Below the pieces are notes generated by a model. That model was not told the DNA's origin, did not search any database, and worked only from the letters and a program-made list of their open reading frames with translations. The translations under genes were made by a program, and so were the position numbers. This document shows positions 1-9,178 of a stretch of 32,202 nt of DNA, piece by piece. Each line of letters starts with the position of its first letter. Position 1 is the stretch's first letter. The stretch is from Microbacteriaceae bacterium (lineage in GTDB: Bacteria > Actinomycetota > Actinomycetes > Actinomycetales > Microbacteriaceae), in NCBI GenBank assembly GCA_947453285.1, contig CANGGA010000001.1:1-32202 (forward strand), given 5' to 3'.

Positions 1-152
1 ACTTCGGTTGTGTCTGGATCAACACCCACATTCCGTTGGTTGCCGAAATGCCACACGGTGGCTTTAGACACTCTGGCTATGGCAAAGACCTATCGAACTA
101 CGGCTTCGAGGACTACACGCGCGTCAAGCACGTCATGTCATACATTGGCTAG
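1..152 (+). CDS. 3' end of an aldehyde dehydrogenase, probably gamma-aminobutyraldehyde dehydrogenase (PatD/Prr-like); partial, starts before the window
   Basis: Not in the ORF track. The frame from nt 3 reads FGCVWINTHIPLVAEMPHGGFRHSGYGKDLSNYGFEDYTRVKHVMSYIG*, the ALDH C-terminal PxGGxxxSGxG motif in the form typical of aminobutyraldehyde dehydrogenases. It sits next to a polyamine ABC transporter and gabT. Confidence 0.88.
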   Translation, partial: FGCVWINTHIPLVAEMPHGGFRHSGYGKDLSNYGFEDYTRVKHVMSYIG

Positions 153-214
153 TCCAATGTTGAACGAAGTGAACACATTGGCTAGTCCAGTGTTGCACGA
201 AGTGAACACATCGG
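142..214. repeat. 33-bp tandem direct repeat (two near-identical copies plus a degenerate start of a third), each unit with an internal inverted repeat
   Basis: 142-174 ACATTGGCTAGTCCAATGTTGAACGAAGTGAAC and 175-207 ACATTGGCTAGTCCAGTGTTGCACGAAGTGAAC differ at 2 positions; 208-214 is ACATCGG. ACATTGG-N5-CCAATGT is a perfect inverted repeat in unit 1. Confidence 0.9.
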
Positions 215-278
215 ATAAGTTCTCCACAGCTTTCGGCTAGTTAGCCACGGATGCTCGCGCAAGCGGCAAAGTTTTTGC

Positions 279-1439
279 GTGCAGCTTTTGTGGTTTCTTC
301 CTTCGCTTGCCTATGGCTTGATGCTCGCTGTGAGCACGCACAACTATTTCTTGCTGGCCTCTTCGGGTTTCACGGTTTTAGTTGCCATGTTTGTGCGCTG
401 GAGAATTTCACGGCGACCAAAGCTCTCGGCAGAAATCAAATTGCGAATAATCGATAAGCGAATTTGGCTCGACGACTACCGATTGCCTCGAGGTGAAATC
501 TTTTGGACTCGCGAGCAAGCCGAGTTCATTTTTGAACGGCTCGCATTCGAAGGGGCAACGCTTCAAACTCAGGTTGATTTCTGCAATGCAGACTTCGAAC
601 TATCAAAGAAGCCACTTTCGTTTGCCCTTGGTTTCAGCCGCAACGAAATTCTTCAGCGCTCTCTGGTCGAAGACGGGCCACACGCGATATTTATTGGCAG
701 CACCGGCAGTGGCAAGACGCAACTGCTTCGCGCGGCCATCTCGTCGATGCGTTCGGCCAACCCCGAGCTATCGCTGGTCTGCATCGACTTCAAGGGCGGT
801 GCCGGGCTTGCCAAGTTTGAGAGTCATTCAATCGAGTTCGCTAGCGATCACGATCTCGCTCACGCTGCAAATGTGATTGATGCTCTCGAGCGTGAACTCG
901 GCATGCGCGAACTTGGTCAAAAATCGCTGCTACCCATGGTCATCGCCGTCGATGAGTTGGCGCATTTGCTTGCAAAAGTGAAACGGGCAAGTGAGGTGCT
1001 CACCGCAGTCGCCGCTCGGGGGCGGTCTGCTCAAATGCATTTGATGATGACCAATCAGAATCTGGTCGGGGTCTCTCGAGCTCTGCTCAGCAACGTGAAC
1101 CTGCGCGTGTTGATCGGCAGGGCAGACCCGGTCGATGCGTCAGCGCTGGGCACTTCGGCCAAGGCCGGCGACACCGCGGGGCTGCCAACCGAAAGCCCTT
1201 TTGCGGTGGCTCAATTGCTAGGCCATGGCCAACCGGCCGTCGCCTTTAGCTTTCTTCTGGCTGAGACTAAAGAACCGACGCTGGCTCGTGAGCGGCTAGA
1301 CCGTGAGCCTCAGCGACTCCGGCGTTCAACAACTGACCAGCGTGAGTATTCAAACCAAGAGCGAGGGCGCCATCGAGTGCACAGGCGGCCTGCCATCCGC
1401 GGTTTGCTATTGCGCGCACATATGGCAACGTCGCGTTAG
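279..1439 (+). CDS. Membrane-anchored FtsK/SpoIIIE-family (EccC-like) P-loop ATPase with a single ATPase domain
   Basis: Hydrophobic N-terminus (about 40 aa), DGPHAIFIGSTGSGKT (Walker A), CIDFKGG, IAVDELA (Walker B), ARGRS (Arg finger region), MTNQ and NVNLRV, all characteristic of EccC/FtsK-type domains. GTG start; the true 3' end is uncertain because it overlaps ald. Confidence 0.8.
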   Translation: MQLLWFLPSLAYGLMLAVSTHNYFLLASSGFTVLVAMFVRWRISRRPKLSAEIKLRIIDKRIWLDDYRLPRGEIFWTREQAEFIFERLAFEGATLQTQVDFCNADFELSKKPLSFALGFSRNEILQRSLVEDGPHAIFIGSTGSGKTQLLRAAISSMRSANPELSLVCIDFKGGAGLAKFESHSIEFASDHDLAHAANVIDALERELGMRELGQKSLLPMVIAVDELAHLLAKVKRASEVLTAVAARGRSAQMHLMMTNQNLVGVSRALLSNVNLRVLIGRADPVDASALGTSAKAGDTAGLPTESPFAVAQLLGHGQPAVAFSFLLAETKEPTLARERLDREPQRLRRSTTDQREYSNQERGRHRVHRRPAIRGLLLRAHMATSR

Positions 1440-2379
1440 TCAATGCATAGGTGCTGGTGTGAGGAACCGCACCAGGCATGTTTGCAACGCAATAAAAGGT
1501 GCTCTCGTGAACCGTGAAAGTCGGTTCTGCGTGAGTGGTTGCGTGTGAGTCTTCGAAGCAGCCGCCCTGGTCGATTGCGATGTCGACCAACACACTGCCA
1601 GGCTTCATCTTCTTGACCATTTCGTTGGTCACCAACTTCGGCGCCTTTGCACCGGGGATCAACACGGCGCCGATTACTAGGTCGGCATCGACGATAGAAC
1701 GCTGAAGCTCGAAGGTGTTGCTGACGATGGTGCGCAAGCGACCGGCATAAAAATCATCGAGTTCGCGAAGTCGGTAGAGGTTGGTGTCGAGCACGGTAAC
1801 TTCTGCGCCCATGCCAATAGCAATCGCGACCGCGTTTGCTCCGGCAACACCAGCGCCGATGACGGTCACACGAGCTGGGCGGGTGCCAGGCACACCGCTC
1901 ATCAGCATTCCGTTGCCACCGTTCTGGCGCATTAGGGTCTGAGCGCCAACCAGGGGAGCAAGTCGACCAGCAACCTCGCTCATCGGGGCAAGCAGCGGCA
2001 GAGATCGCGAAGGCAACTGAACCGTCTCATATGCGATCGAGGTCACGTTGTTCTTGAGCAGCACGTCGGTGAGCGGGCGGTCGGCGGCGAGGTGTAGGTA
2101 GGTGAACAGAATCAAGCCGTCGCGCAAGAAGCCAAATTCCTTTTCGATTGGCTCCTTGACCTTCAGCACCATGTCACCGGCGGCCCAGGTTGAGGCGGCA
2201 TCCGGGCAGATAACGGCGCCCTCGGCTTCATACTCGGCATCGCTGATGGCCGAGCCTTCGCCGGCCTTGGTTTGAATGAATACCTGGTGGCCCGCAGCTA
2301 CGAGCTCGTGCACTCCAGAAGGCGTGATGGCCACGCGGAATTCGTTGTTTTTGACTTCGGCAGGTACTGCGACCTTCAT
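1267..2379 (-). CDS. ald: Alanine dehydrogenase
   Basis: [58 protein letters not shown] and [11 protein letters not shown]. Start trimmed to the ATG at 2379, which follows an SD (GGAGAATC-ATG). Confidence 0.97.
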   Translation of the reverse strand: MKVAVPAEVKNNEFRVAITPSGVHELVAAGHQVFIQTKAGEGSAISDAEYEAEGAVICPDAASTWAAGDMVLKVKEPIEKEFGFLRDGLILFTYLHLAADRPLTDVLLKNNVTSIAYETVQLPSRSLPLLAPMSEVAGRLAPLVGAQTLMRQNGGNGMLMSGVPGTRPARVTVIGAGVAGANAVAIAIGMGAEVTVLDTNLYRLRELDDFYAGRLRTIVSNTFELQRSIVDADLVIGAVLIPGAKAPKLVTNEMVKKMKPGSVLVDIAIDQGGCFEDSHATTHAEPTFTVHESTFYCVANMPGAVPHTSTYALTNATLPYVRAIANRGWQAACALDGALALGLNTHAGQLLNAGVAEAHGLAAHEPASVL

Positions 2380-2577
2380 GATTCTCCGTTTCGGGGTGGC
2401 CACACTGCCTCCCACCGCATTAGATGTTACTCCGTCTGGGGCGCTCGTTTGTTGCCATACGAATTCTGGGTTTTTGGCTTTGACGAGCGATTTATGTGGC
2501 AGTATTTTTTTGAGCGCCTTCGGCGTTGTATTGGTTGGTTGGGTCGTCGAAGACCCTCTCGATAAAGGAGCCGCTTC

Positions 2578-3822
2578 ATGAACAAGCCTCTTTCAGAAGA
2601 TCCACAATTCCGTCAACTTCTAGCGATGGCTAAGGCTCCGGTTACCCGACGCACAGCTCTTGCGGGAGTTAGCGCAACAGCAGCAGCTCTTGCTCTTGCG
2701 GCATGTGCACCGGGTGGAGCTAAGAAGACCCTGACTCCTGCTAAGGACCTCTCGGCTACCGAGAAGGTTGTTGTCTGGGACAACTGGGCTTATTACATGG
2801 ATGGCGAAAGCGACGGAACTTTTCCGACTCTTCACGCCTTCGAGAAGAAGACCGGTATCAAATACACATACAACGTAAACGTCGACGACAACAACACTTA
2901 CTTTGCTCGCGTTAAGAACCAGCTTGCGAGCGGTCAAGACATCGGTGCCGACACCGTCTGTCTAACCGACTGGATTGTTTCGCGATTCATCACGAGCGGC
3001 TACCTGCAGCCACTGCAATATGACTTGCTGCCGAACGTGACTGCAAATGAAAACGACGCATTCAAGACCACTTTTGGTTCATTCGACCCAGGCCGCAAGT
3101 ACTCTCTTTCTTGGAAGGGCATCATTGCCGGCATCGGTTACCACAAGAAGCGTTATAAAGAACTCACCGGAAAAGATGCCCCTACTTCGTTCGACGACGT
3201 CTTCGAAAACGAAGCGCTCAAGGGACACGTTGAGGTTCTTTCTGAAATGCGCGACACCCTGGGCGTAATCATGATGGCCAAGGGCGTAGACATCACCTCT
3301 TTCACCAAGACTGACTTCGAGAACGCGATTGACTTCTTCAAGGAGAAAGTTGCAGACGGCTGGATTCGCGGCATCAAGGGCAACGCATACGTTGACGACT
3401 TCAAGAGCGGCGACGCAGTTGCCGGAATCGTTTGGGCTGGCGACATCGTTGGTGCAAACGCAGAACTCGGCAGCGACGAGCTCGGTCTAGTCTTGCTCGA
3501 CTCGGGTTCTACCTTTGCTTGTGATAACTACATCATTCCTATGGGCTCGCCTCACGCAGCCAACGCTCACGCGCTAATCGACTACTACTACGACCCAGCG
3601 GTCGCGGCAGAGTTGGCGCTTGCCGGCGTGAACTACGTGACTCCGGTCAACGGTGCCAAAGAGATCGTGGCTGCAAAGAACCCGGCTCTTGCTTCAAACA
3701 CCCTTATGTTCCCAACCGCAGACGACTTTGCAACCAAGCTGCACGCATTCCGTCCGCTAACCCCTGCAGAAGACAACGACTTCTCGAAGCTCTGGTCTGA
3801 CGCTGCAAATGGTGTGGTCTAG
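2578..3822 (+). CDS. potD: Polyamine ABC transporter substrate-binding lipoprotein (PotD/PotF family), Tat-type signal
   Basis: SD AAAGGAG, twin-arginine TRRTALAG, lipobox LAAC, NWAYYMD, FDPGRKYS, EMRDTLG, WAGD and IDYYYDP; first gene of an SBP-ATPase-permease-permease operon. Confidence 0.88.
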   Translation: MNKPLSEDPQFRQLLAMAKAPVTRRTALAGVSATAAALALAACAPGGAKKTLTPAKDLSATEKVVVWDNWAYYMDGESDGTFPTLHAFEKKTGIKYTYNVNVDDNNTYFARVKNQLASGQDIGADTVCLTDWIVSRFITSGYLQPLQYDLLPNVTANENDAFKTTFGSFDPGRKYSLSWKGIIAGIGYHKKRYKELTGKDAPTSFDDVFENEALKGHVEVLSEMRDTLGVIMMAKGVDITSFTKTDFENAIDFFKEKVADGWIRGIKGNAYVDDFKSGDAVAGIVWAGDIVGANAELGSDELGLVLLDSGSTFACDNYIIPMGSPHAANAHALIDYYYDPAVAAELALAGVNYVTPVNGAKEIVAAKNPALASNTLMFPTADDFATKLHAFRPLTPAEDNDFSKLWSDAANGVV

Positions 3823-4946
3823 TGGCCGAACAGCAGGCCTCAGCAGGAGCAGATCTAGAGCTACGCGGAATCCGCAAGGAATTTCCGGGATTCACCGCAA
3901 TTGAAGAACTTGACCTAACTATTCCGGCTGGGCAGTTTTTTGCATTGCTTGGCCCTTCGGGTTGCGGCAAGACCACGACCCTGCGAATCATTGCGGGTCT
4001 TGATCAGCCGACCACCGGAAAGATTTTTCTTTCTGGCAAAGACATCACAGACACCAAGCCGCACGAGCGCAAAGTTAACACCGTCTTTCAGAGCTACGCG
4101 TTGTTTCCACACATGACCGTGCTAGACAACGTTGCTTTCGGTTTGAAGCAGCGCAAGATTGACGAACCAATGAAGAAGGCACAGGATGCCCTCAACCTGG
4201 TTGAGCTCGGTCATCTTGGCAACCGTCGTCCGCAACAACTTTCTGGTGGTCAGCAGCAGCGTGTTGCTCTTGCTCGCGCATTAGTAAACCGCCCATCGCT
4301 TTTGCTTCTCGACGAGCCACTCGGAGCACTCGACCTTAAGTTGCGTCGTCAGATGCAGATTGAGCTCAAGGCAATTCAGATGGAAGTCGGCCTAACCTTC
4401 TTGCACGTTACCCACGACCAAGAAGAAGCAATGGACATGGCAGACACGGTTGCGGTTATGAATAAGGGCCGCATCGAGCAAATGGGTGCACCCGAAAAGT
4501 TGTATGACCGACCAAAGACCGTTTTCGTTTCTAAGTTCTTGGGTCAGAGCAACTTGTTCGTTGGCGATGTCGTCGAAGAGAACGCAAACTCGGTGAGCAT
4601 CGATTGCAAGGGGCACAAGTTGACCGTGCCAAAGGCTCGTGCCGAAAAGCACAGCGGCAAAATCGCAATCGGCGTTCGCCCAGAAAAGGCAACCTTTCAC
4701 GAGGATGGCGCCCCGGCACAGTCTTCAGATCTCAACGTTGTTGGCCCTGGCGAAATCATCGACATTCGTTTCACCGGAGTAAGCAACCAGTACTTGATTG
4801 AGATTCCTAACCTCGGCGAAGTCACGGTGTTTGCGCAGAACGTCGGCAAGAGCCCGGTTACCGAGCTTGGCGCCAAGGTTTGGGTTAGCTGGAAGGTCGA
4901 ACACGCCTTCGGCCTAGCCGACTTGCCAGTGACCGAAGACAAGTAG
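3822..4946 (+). CDS. potA: Polyamine ABC transporter ATP-binding protein
   Basis: [62 protein letters not shown] and a C-terminal TOBE-like region. Confidence 0.92.
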   Translation: MAEQQASAGADLELRGIRKEFPGFTAIEELDLTIPAGQFFALLGPSGCGKTTTLRIIAGLDQPTTGKIFLSGKDITDTKPHERKVNTVFQSYALFPHMTVLDNVAFGLKQRKIDEPMKKAQDALNLVELGHLGNRRPQQLSGGQQQRVALARALVNRPSLLLLDEPLGALDLKLRRQMQIELKAIQMEVGLTFLHVTHDQEEAMDMADTVAVMNKGRIEQMGAPEKLYDRPKTVFVSKFLGQSNLFVGDVVEENANSVSIDCKGHKLTVPKARAEKHSGKIAIGVRPEKATFHEDGAPAQSSDLNVVGPGEIIDIRFTGVSNQYLIEIPNLGEVTVFAQNVGKSPVTELGAKVWVSWKVEHAFGLADLPVTEDK

Positions 4947-4948
4947 TC

Positions 4949-5866
4949 ATGGCATTCGCGGCATTCGGCTCTGCTCCGGCAAACGCTAACACCGGTCAAA
5001 ACCTACGCAGCGGCAAGATCGTTCTTGCATTGCTTTTGCCTGGCTTGCTATACCTTGCCATTTTCTTCATGACACCTTTGGTGTCGCTTGTGATCACCTC
5101 ACTCGAGTCACCAGACCCATCGGGAATGATCGGTTCATACCAGTACGGTTTTGAGATTCAGAACTACATCGGCGTTCTCACCGACTACATGCCGCAGATT
5201 TTGCGTTCATTTCTTTATGCAATCGTGGCCACGCTGCTTGCTCTGCTAATCAGCTATCCGTTGGCCTATTTCATCGGTGTGAAGATTCGCCGCTATCCGA
5301 TGATTCAGCGCCTTGCCGTCACGCTTGTGATCGCGCCGTTCTTTATCTCGTTCTTGCTTCGCACCATCGCCTGGAAGCAACTGCTCGCGGATGGAACCCC
5401 ATTGATGCAGTGGCTGCATGACATCGGTTTGCTTGCGCCTTCGCAGTATTTCATCGGAACCCCGGCTGCGGTTATCTTCGGATTGACCTACAACTTCATC
5501 CCGTTTATGACCCTGCCGCTCTACACGACTCTCGAGCGCTTCGATGTTCGCCTGCTCGAAGCCGGCAGTGACCTCTATGCGTCACCTTCGAAAGTGTTTA
5601 GAAAGATCACTCTTCCGATTTCGATGCCAGGCATTATTTCTGGAACTCTGCTGACCTTTATTCCGATTGCCGGTGACTACGTAAACGCGAGCCGCGACTT
5701 CTTGGGTTCGTCAAAGACCTCAATGATCGGAAACATGGTTGAGGCTGACTTCTTGCAGAACCTGCGCTACCCGGCGGCGTCTGCGCTAAGTGTGCTGCTC
5801 ATGGCCGTGATTCTGGTTTTGGTTACCTTCTATGTGAAGAAGAGCGGAACGGAGGATCTGCTTTGA
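4949..5866 (+). CDS. potB: Polyamine ABC transporter permease
   Basis: Multiple TM segments, YPLAY, PFFISFLLRTIAW, YNFIPFM and the EAA loop LLEAGSDLYAS. Confidence 0.88.
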   Translation: MAFAAFGSAPANANTGQNLRSGKIVLALLLPGLLYLAIFFMTPLVSLVITSLESPDPSGMIGSYQYGFEIQNYIGVLTDYMPQILRSFLYAIVATLLALLISYPLAYFIGVKIRRYPMIQRLAVTLVIAPFFISFLLRTIAWKQLLADGTPLMQWLHDIGLLAPSQYFIGTPAAVIFGLTYNFIPFMTLPLYTTLERFDVRLLEAGSDLYASPSKVFRKITLPISMPGIISGTLLTFIPIAGDYVNASRDFLGSSKTSMIGNMVEADFLQNLRYPAASALSVLLMAVILVLVTFYVKKSGTEDLL

Positions 5867-6654
5867 AAAAGCCTTGGGGCCTTGCCGTTTATTCTGGCCT
5901 AGCGCTGGTCTTCTTGATGATTCCGATTGTCTACACAATCATCTTCTCGTTCAACGATTCGATTCGCTCGAACACCGTCTGGGAGGGCTTCACGGTTCGC
6001 CACTGGACGAACGCCTGCGCTCGCGCCGACGTCTGCGAGGCGCTGGGCAACTCGATCTTCATCGGCGTGGTGAGCACTTTGGTGGCGACCATCCTTGGTT
6101 CGGCAATTGCCATCGGCCTCGTGCGCTATCGCTTCAGGGCTCGTGCCGCCATTAACTTGGCATTGTTCTTGCCAATGGCTACTCCTGAAGTTGTGCTCGG
6201 TGCCGGCCTTGCCGCCTTCTTCTTCAACCTCGGTTTTCCTTCTGGCATGCTCACCACGATTTTGGCTCACGTCATGTTCTGTCTGAGCTTTGTTGTGGTT
6301 ACCGTCAAGGCGCGAGTGCAGACTCTCGACCCAGCGCTCGAAGAGGCGGGCCGCGATCTATACGCCAACCCGAATCAGGTTTTCTGGAAGATCACTTTTC
6401 CGCTGCTTTTGCCTGGAATCATATCGGCAGCTCTCTTGTCGTTCGCTCTTAGTTTCGACGACTTCATCATCACCTACTTCAACTCTGGTTCGGTGAGCAC
6501 ATTTCCAAAGATGATTTATGTTGCTGCTTCTCGTGGCGTTCCAGCCGAGGCAAACGTTATTGCATCGAGCGTTTTCTTGTTCGCAATCATGATCGTGCTC
6601 GTAGTTCAAATCACCGGATCGATTCGCCGCAAGCGCCTCTCGAAAATGGCCTAG
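5863..6654 (+). CDS. potC: Polyamine ABC transporter permease
   Basis: FSFN, PMATPEVV, the EAA loop LEEAGRDLYAN and FALSFDDFIITYF; TTG start overlapping the previous stop (TTGA). Confidence 0.88.
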   Translation: MKKPWGLAVYSGLALVFLMIPIVYTIIFSFNDSIRSNTVWEGFTVRHWTNACARADVCEALGNSIFIGVVSTLVATILGSAIAIGLVRYRFRARAAINLALFLPMATPEVVLGAGLAAFFFNLGFPSGMLTTILAHVMFCLSFVVVTVKARVQTLDPALEEAGRDLYANPNQVFWKITFPLLLPGIISAALLSFALSFDDFIITYFNSGSVSTFPKMIYVAASRGVPAEANVIASSVFLFAIMIVLVVQITGSIRRKRLSKMA

Positions 6655-6663
6655 GTCTTAAAC

Positions 6664-6701
6664 GAAAAATCCCCAGTCGCGTTGACTGGGGATTTTTCTT
6701 T
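6664..6701. terminator. Bidirectional intrinsic terminator between the convergent potC and gabT
   Basis: GAAAAATCCCCAGTC-GCGTT-GACTGGGGATTTTTC is a perfect 15-bp inverted repeat with an A-tract on the left and a T-tract on the right. Confidence 0.9.
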
Positions 6702-6705
6702 GGAC

Positions 6706-8037
6706 CTATAGAGCTGCGATGCCTGCGGCTAGAACGTCGATAGCTTCGTGCAGCTGTGCGTCGGTAATAGCCAACGGTGGCAAGAAGCGAATGACGTTGC
6801 CGAAGGTTCCAGCGTTCAAGACCAAGACACCGTTCTGGTGGCAGTACTTGACCACTGAGTCAACGGCGGCAGAGTTCGGGTTCAGGGTGCCTGGCTCAAC
6901 GAATTCGATTGCAATCATTGCGCCACGACCGCGAACTTCGCCAATGACCGGGTGCTCGGCCTGAATTGCTTGCAAGCGTGGAACCAGGATGCCCTCGATT
7001 TCGACAGCGCGCTCGAGAACGCCACCCGCCTCAATCTGCTCTAGAACGGCTACCGCTGCTGCAGCTGCAACTGGGTTTCCTCCGTAGGTGCCTCCGATGC
7101 CGCCAGGGTGAGAAGAATCCATGATCTCTGCGCGTCCGGTGACCGCCGAGATCGGCATGCCGCCGGCGATTCCCTTTGCGATGGTGAATAGGTCTGGCTC
7201 GAAGCCTTCTTCGTGGTTGGTTGCGAACCAGCGACCGGTTCGTGCGATGCCGGCCTGAACCTCATCTGCGACCATCACGATGCCGTTTGCCTTAGCCCAC
7301 TTTGAAAGTGCTGGCAAGAAACCAGGAGCCGGAACGATAAAGCCGCCCTCACCCTGAATCGGCTCGATCACGATTGCTGCCAAGTTGGCACCGCCAACGC
7401 GCTTCTCCATGTAGTTGATTGCGCGCTTCGCTGCTTCTTCGCCGGTAATGCCACCGTCGCGAAGCGGGTATGACATTGGCACGTGGTGAACGCCAGGGGC
7501 AAACGGGCCAAAGCCGCTGTTGTAAGGCATCGCCTTGAAGTTCATTGCCATGGTCAAGTTGGTGCGACCGTGGTATCCGTGGTCAAAGACTGCAATCTCG
7601 CCGCGACCGGTGAACTTGCGGGCAAACTTGACGGCGTTTTCGACTGCCTCGGCACCCGAGTTGAATAGCGCACTGCGCTTTTCGAAGTTGCCAGGGGTGT
7701 GCTTGTTTAGCAACTCACACACGCGCACATAAGGCTGGTATGGAGTCACGGTAAAGAGCGTGTGGGTTAGCTTTGCGACCTGTTCTTGAACTGCTTTGAC
7801 CACGGCGTCGTTGGTGTGGCCAATGGTGGTCACGCCGATGCCTGCGCCTAGGTCGATGAAGTCATTGCCATCGACGTCGGTAAGAATTGCGCCGTGCGCG
7901 TGATCGATGTAGATCGGCAGGGCCGCACCTACACCGTGTGAGACCTCTTTAAGGCGCTTTGCGTGCAGCTCTTGCGAGATCGGGCCTGGGATTGCGGTGA
8001 CAATTTTGCGTGAAGACGCTACTGAAACTTCGCTCAT
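6706..8037 (-). CDS. gabT: 4-aminobutyrate:2-oxoglutarate aminotransferase (class III PLP enzyme)
   Basis: IDLGAGIGV, FNSGAEAVENAVK, YHGRTNLTMAM, IEPIQGEGGF, ADEVQAG, AKGIAGG (PLP lysine), GGTYGGNP and GNVIRFLPPL. Confidence 0.92.
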   Translation of the reverse strand: MSEVSVASSRKIVTAIPGPISQELHAKRLKEVSHGVGAALPIYIDHAHGAILTDVDGNDFIDLGAGIGVTTIGHTNDAVVKAVQEQVAKLTHTLFTVTPYQPYVRVCELLNKHTPGNFEKRSALFNSGAEAVENAVKFARKFTGRGEIAVFDHGYHGRTNLTMAMNFKAMPYNSGFGPFAPGVHHVPMSYPLRDGGITGEEAAKRAINYMEKRVGGANLAAIVIEPIQGEGGFIVPAPGFLPALSKWAKANGIVMVADEVQAGIARTGRWFATNHEEGFEPDLFTIAKGIAGGMPISAVTGRAEIMDSSHPGGIGGTYGGNPVAAAAAVAVLEQIEAGGVLERAVEIEGILVPRLQAIQAEHPVIGEVRGRGAMIAIEFVEPGTLNPNSAAVDSVVKYCHQNGVLVLNAGTFGNVIRFLPPLAITDAQLHEAIDVLAAGIAAL

Positions 8038-8086
8038 AATCCCATCCTACGCCCGCTAATCTTCGGGCTGGTGGCAAGATTGAACA
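8038..8086. promoter_or_regulatory. Back-to-back putative leaderless promoters for gabT and dxr
   Basis: On the minus strand TAGGAT (8049-8044) lies 6 nt before the gabT ATG; on the plus strand CAAGAT (8075-8080) lies 6 nt before the dxr ATG. Neither gene has a convincing SD. Confidence 0.55.
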
Positions 8087-9178
8087 ATGCGGCGCGTAAT
8101 TATTCTCGGTTCGACCGGTTCGATCGGAACCCAGGCGCTCGACGTCATCCGTGCCAATAAAGACCGTTTCGAGGTGGTCGCGCTCGCGGCTGGCAAGAAC
8201 TCTGAACTGCTATCGGCGCAGGCTACCGAATTCGGCGTGCCAAGCAAGCGTGCGGTTTTAGGCTCGGATGCCGCTACCGCACTGATTGAAGAAACCGAAG
8301 CCGATGTCGTGGTGAACGGCATCACCGGTTCGATCGGTTTGAAGCCGACCCTTGCCACGCTCGCAACCGGCAAGACCCTGGCTCTGGCAAATAAAGAGTC
8401 ACTCATCGTTGGTGGTCGTTTAGTAACCGATGCTGCGGCTCCCGGTCAGATTGTTCCGGTCGATAGCGAACACTCTGCGTTGGCGCAGTGTCTGCTCGCC
8501 GGCGAAAAGCGCGAAGTGCGCAAACTCATCTTGACCGCATCGGGAGGCCCGTTTCGCGGCTACACGCGCGAGCAGCTCACTCTGGTTACGCCACAACAGG
8601 CACTTGCTCACCCAACCTGGGTCATGGGAAAAGTCGTCACCACCAACTCGGCGACGCTTGTCAACAAGGGTCTAGAACTGATCGAGGCGCACCTATTGTT
8701 TGACATTGAGATCGACCGAATCGATGTCACGGTTCACCCGCAATCGGTTGTGCACTCGATGGTCGAGTTTTTCGACGGCTCAACCATGGCGCAGTGCTCG
8801 CCGCCGAACATGATGTTGCCAATCGCACTCGGCATGTCTTGGCCAGAAAGAATTGCCGATGCGGTGCCGGCGGTTGACTTTACGAAGTCACACCAGTGGA
8901 CCTTCGAGCCGTTGAACGAAAGTGTCTTTGGTGCGGTAAAACTCGCTCGTCAGGTTGGCAAGGCAGGCAGCACCTATCCTGCGGTTTATAACGCAGCAAA
9001 CGAAGAAGCAGTCGAGGCTTTTCATCGCAACAAAATCGGCTTCAACCAAATCGTCGATGTCATTCAGCGCGTTGTCGATGCTCACACACCAGCAGATGAA
9101 TTAACACTGGATGCCGTTCTCGACGCCGAGGTTTGGGCGCGTGATAGGGCAGTGGCTCAGATGGTGACGGCATGTTAG
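8087..9178 (+). CDS. dxr: 1-deoxy-D-xylulose-5-phosphate reductoisomerase
   Basis: [61 protein letters not shown] and NAANEEAV. Confidence 0.97.
   Translation: MRRVIILGSTGSIGTQALDVIRANKDRFEVVALAAGKNSELLSAQATEFGVPSKRAVLGSDAATALIEETEADVVVNGITGSIGLKPTLATLATGKTLALANKESLIVGGRLVTDAAAPGQIVPVDSEHSALAQCLLAGEKREVRKLILTASGGPFRGYTREQLTLVTPQQALAHPTWVMGKVVTTNSATLVNKGLELIEAHLLFDIEIDRIDVTVHPQSVVHSMVEFFDGSTMAQCSPPNMMLPIALGMSWPERIADAVPAVDFTKSHQWTFEPLNESVFGAVKLARQVGKAGSTYPAVYNAANEEAVEAFHRNKIGFNQIVDVIQRVVDAHTPADELTLDAVLDAEVWARDRAVAQMVTAC

Noticed and set aside
142-214. 33-bp palindromic repeats as a CRISPR array
   Set aside because: The units are directly tandem with no unique spacers, there are only two full copies, and there are no cas genes in the window.
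10-240. 76-aa ORF containing a TLASP.L.EVN repeat
   Set aside because: It is an out-of-frame shadow of the ALDH 3' end; the peptide repeat merely reflects the 33-bp DNA repeat.
2380-2415. Longer ald start given by the ORF track
   Set aside because: Ald homology begins at MKVAV, and an SD precedes the ATG at 2379.
2420-2510. Possible Lrp/AsnC-type operator repeats in the ald-potD divergent spacer
   Set aside because: The candidate sites (e.g. ACGAATTCTG, GCGATTTATG) are too degenerate to support without an alignment.
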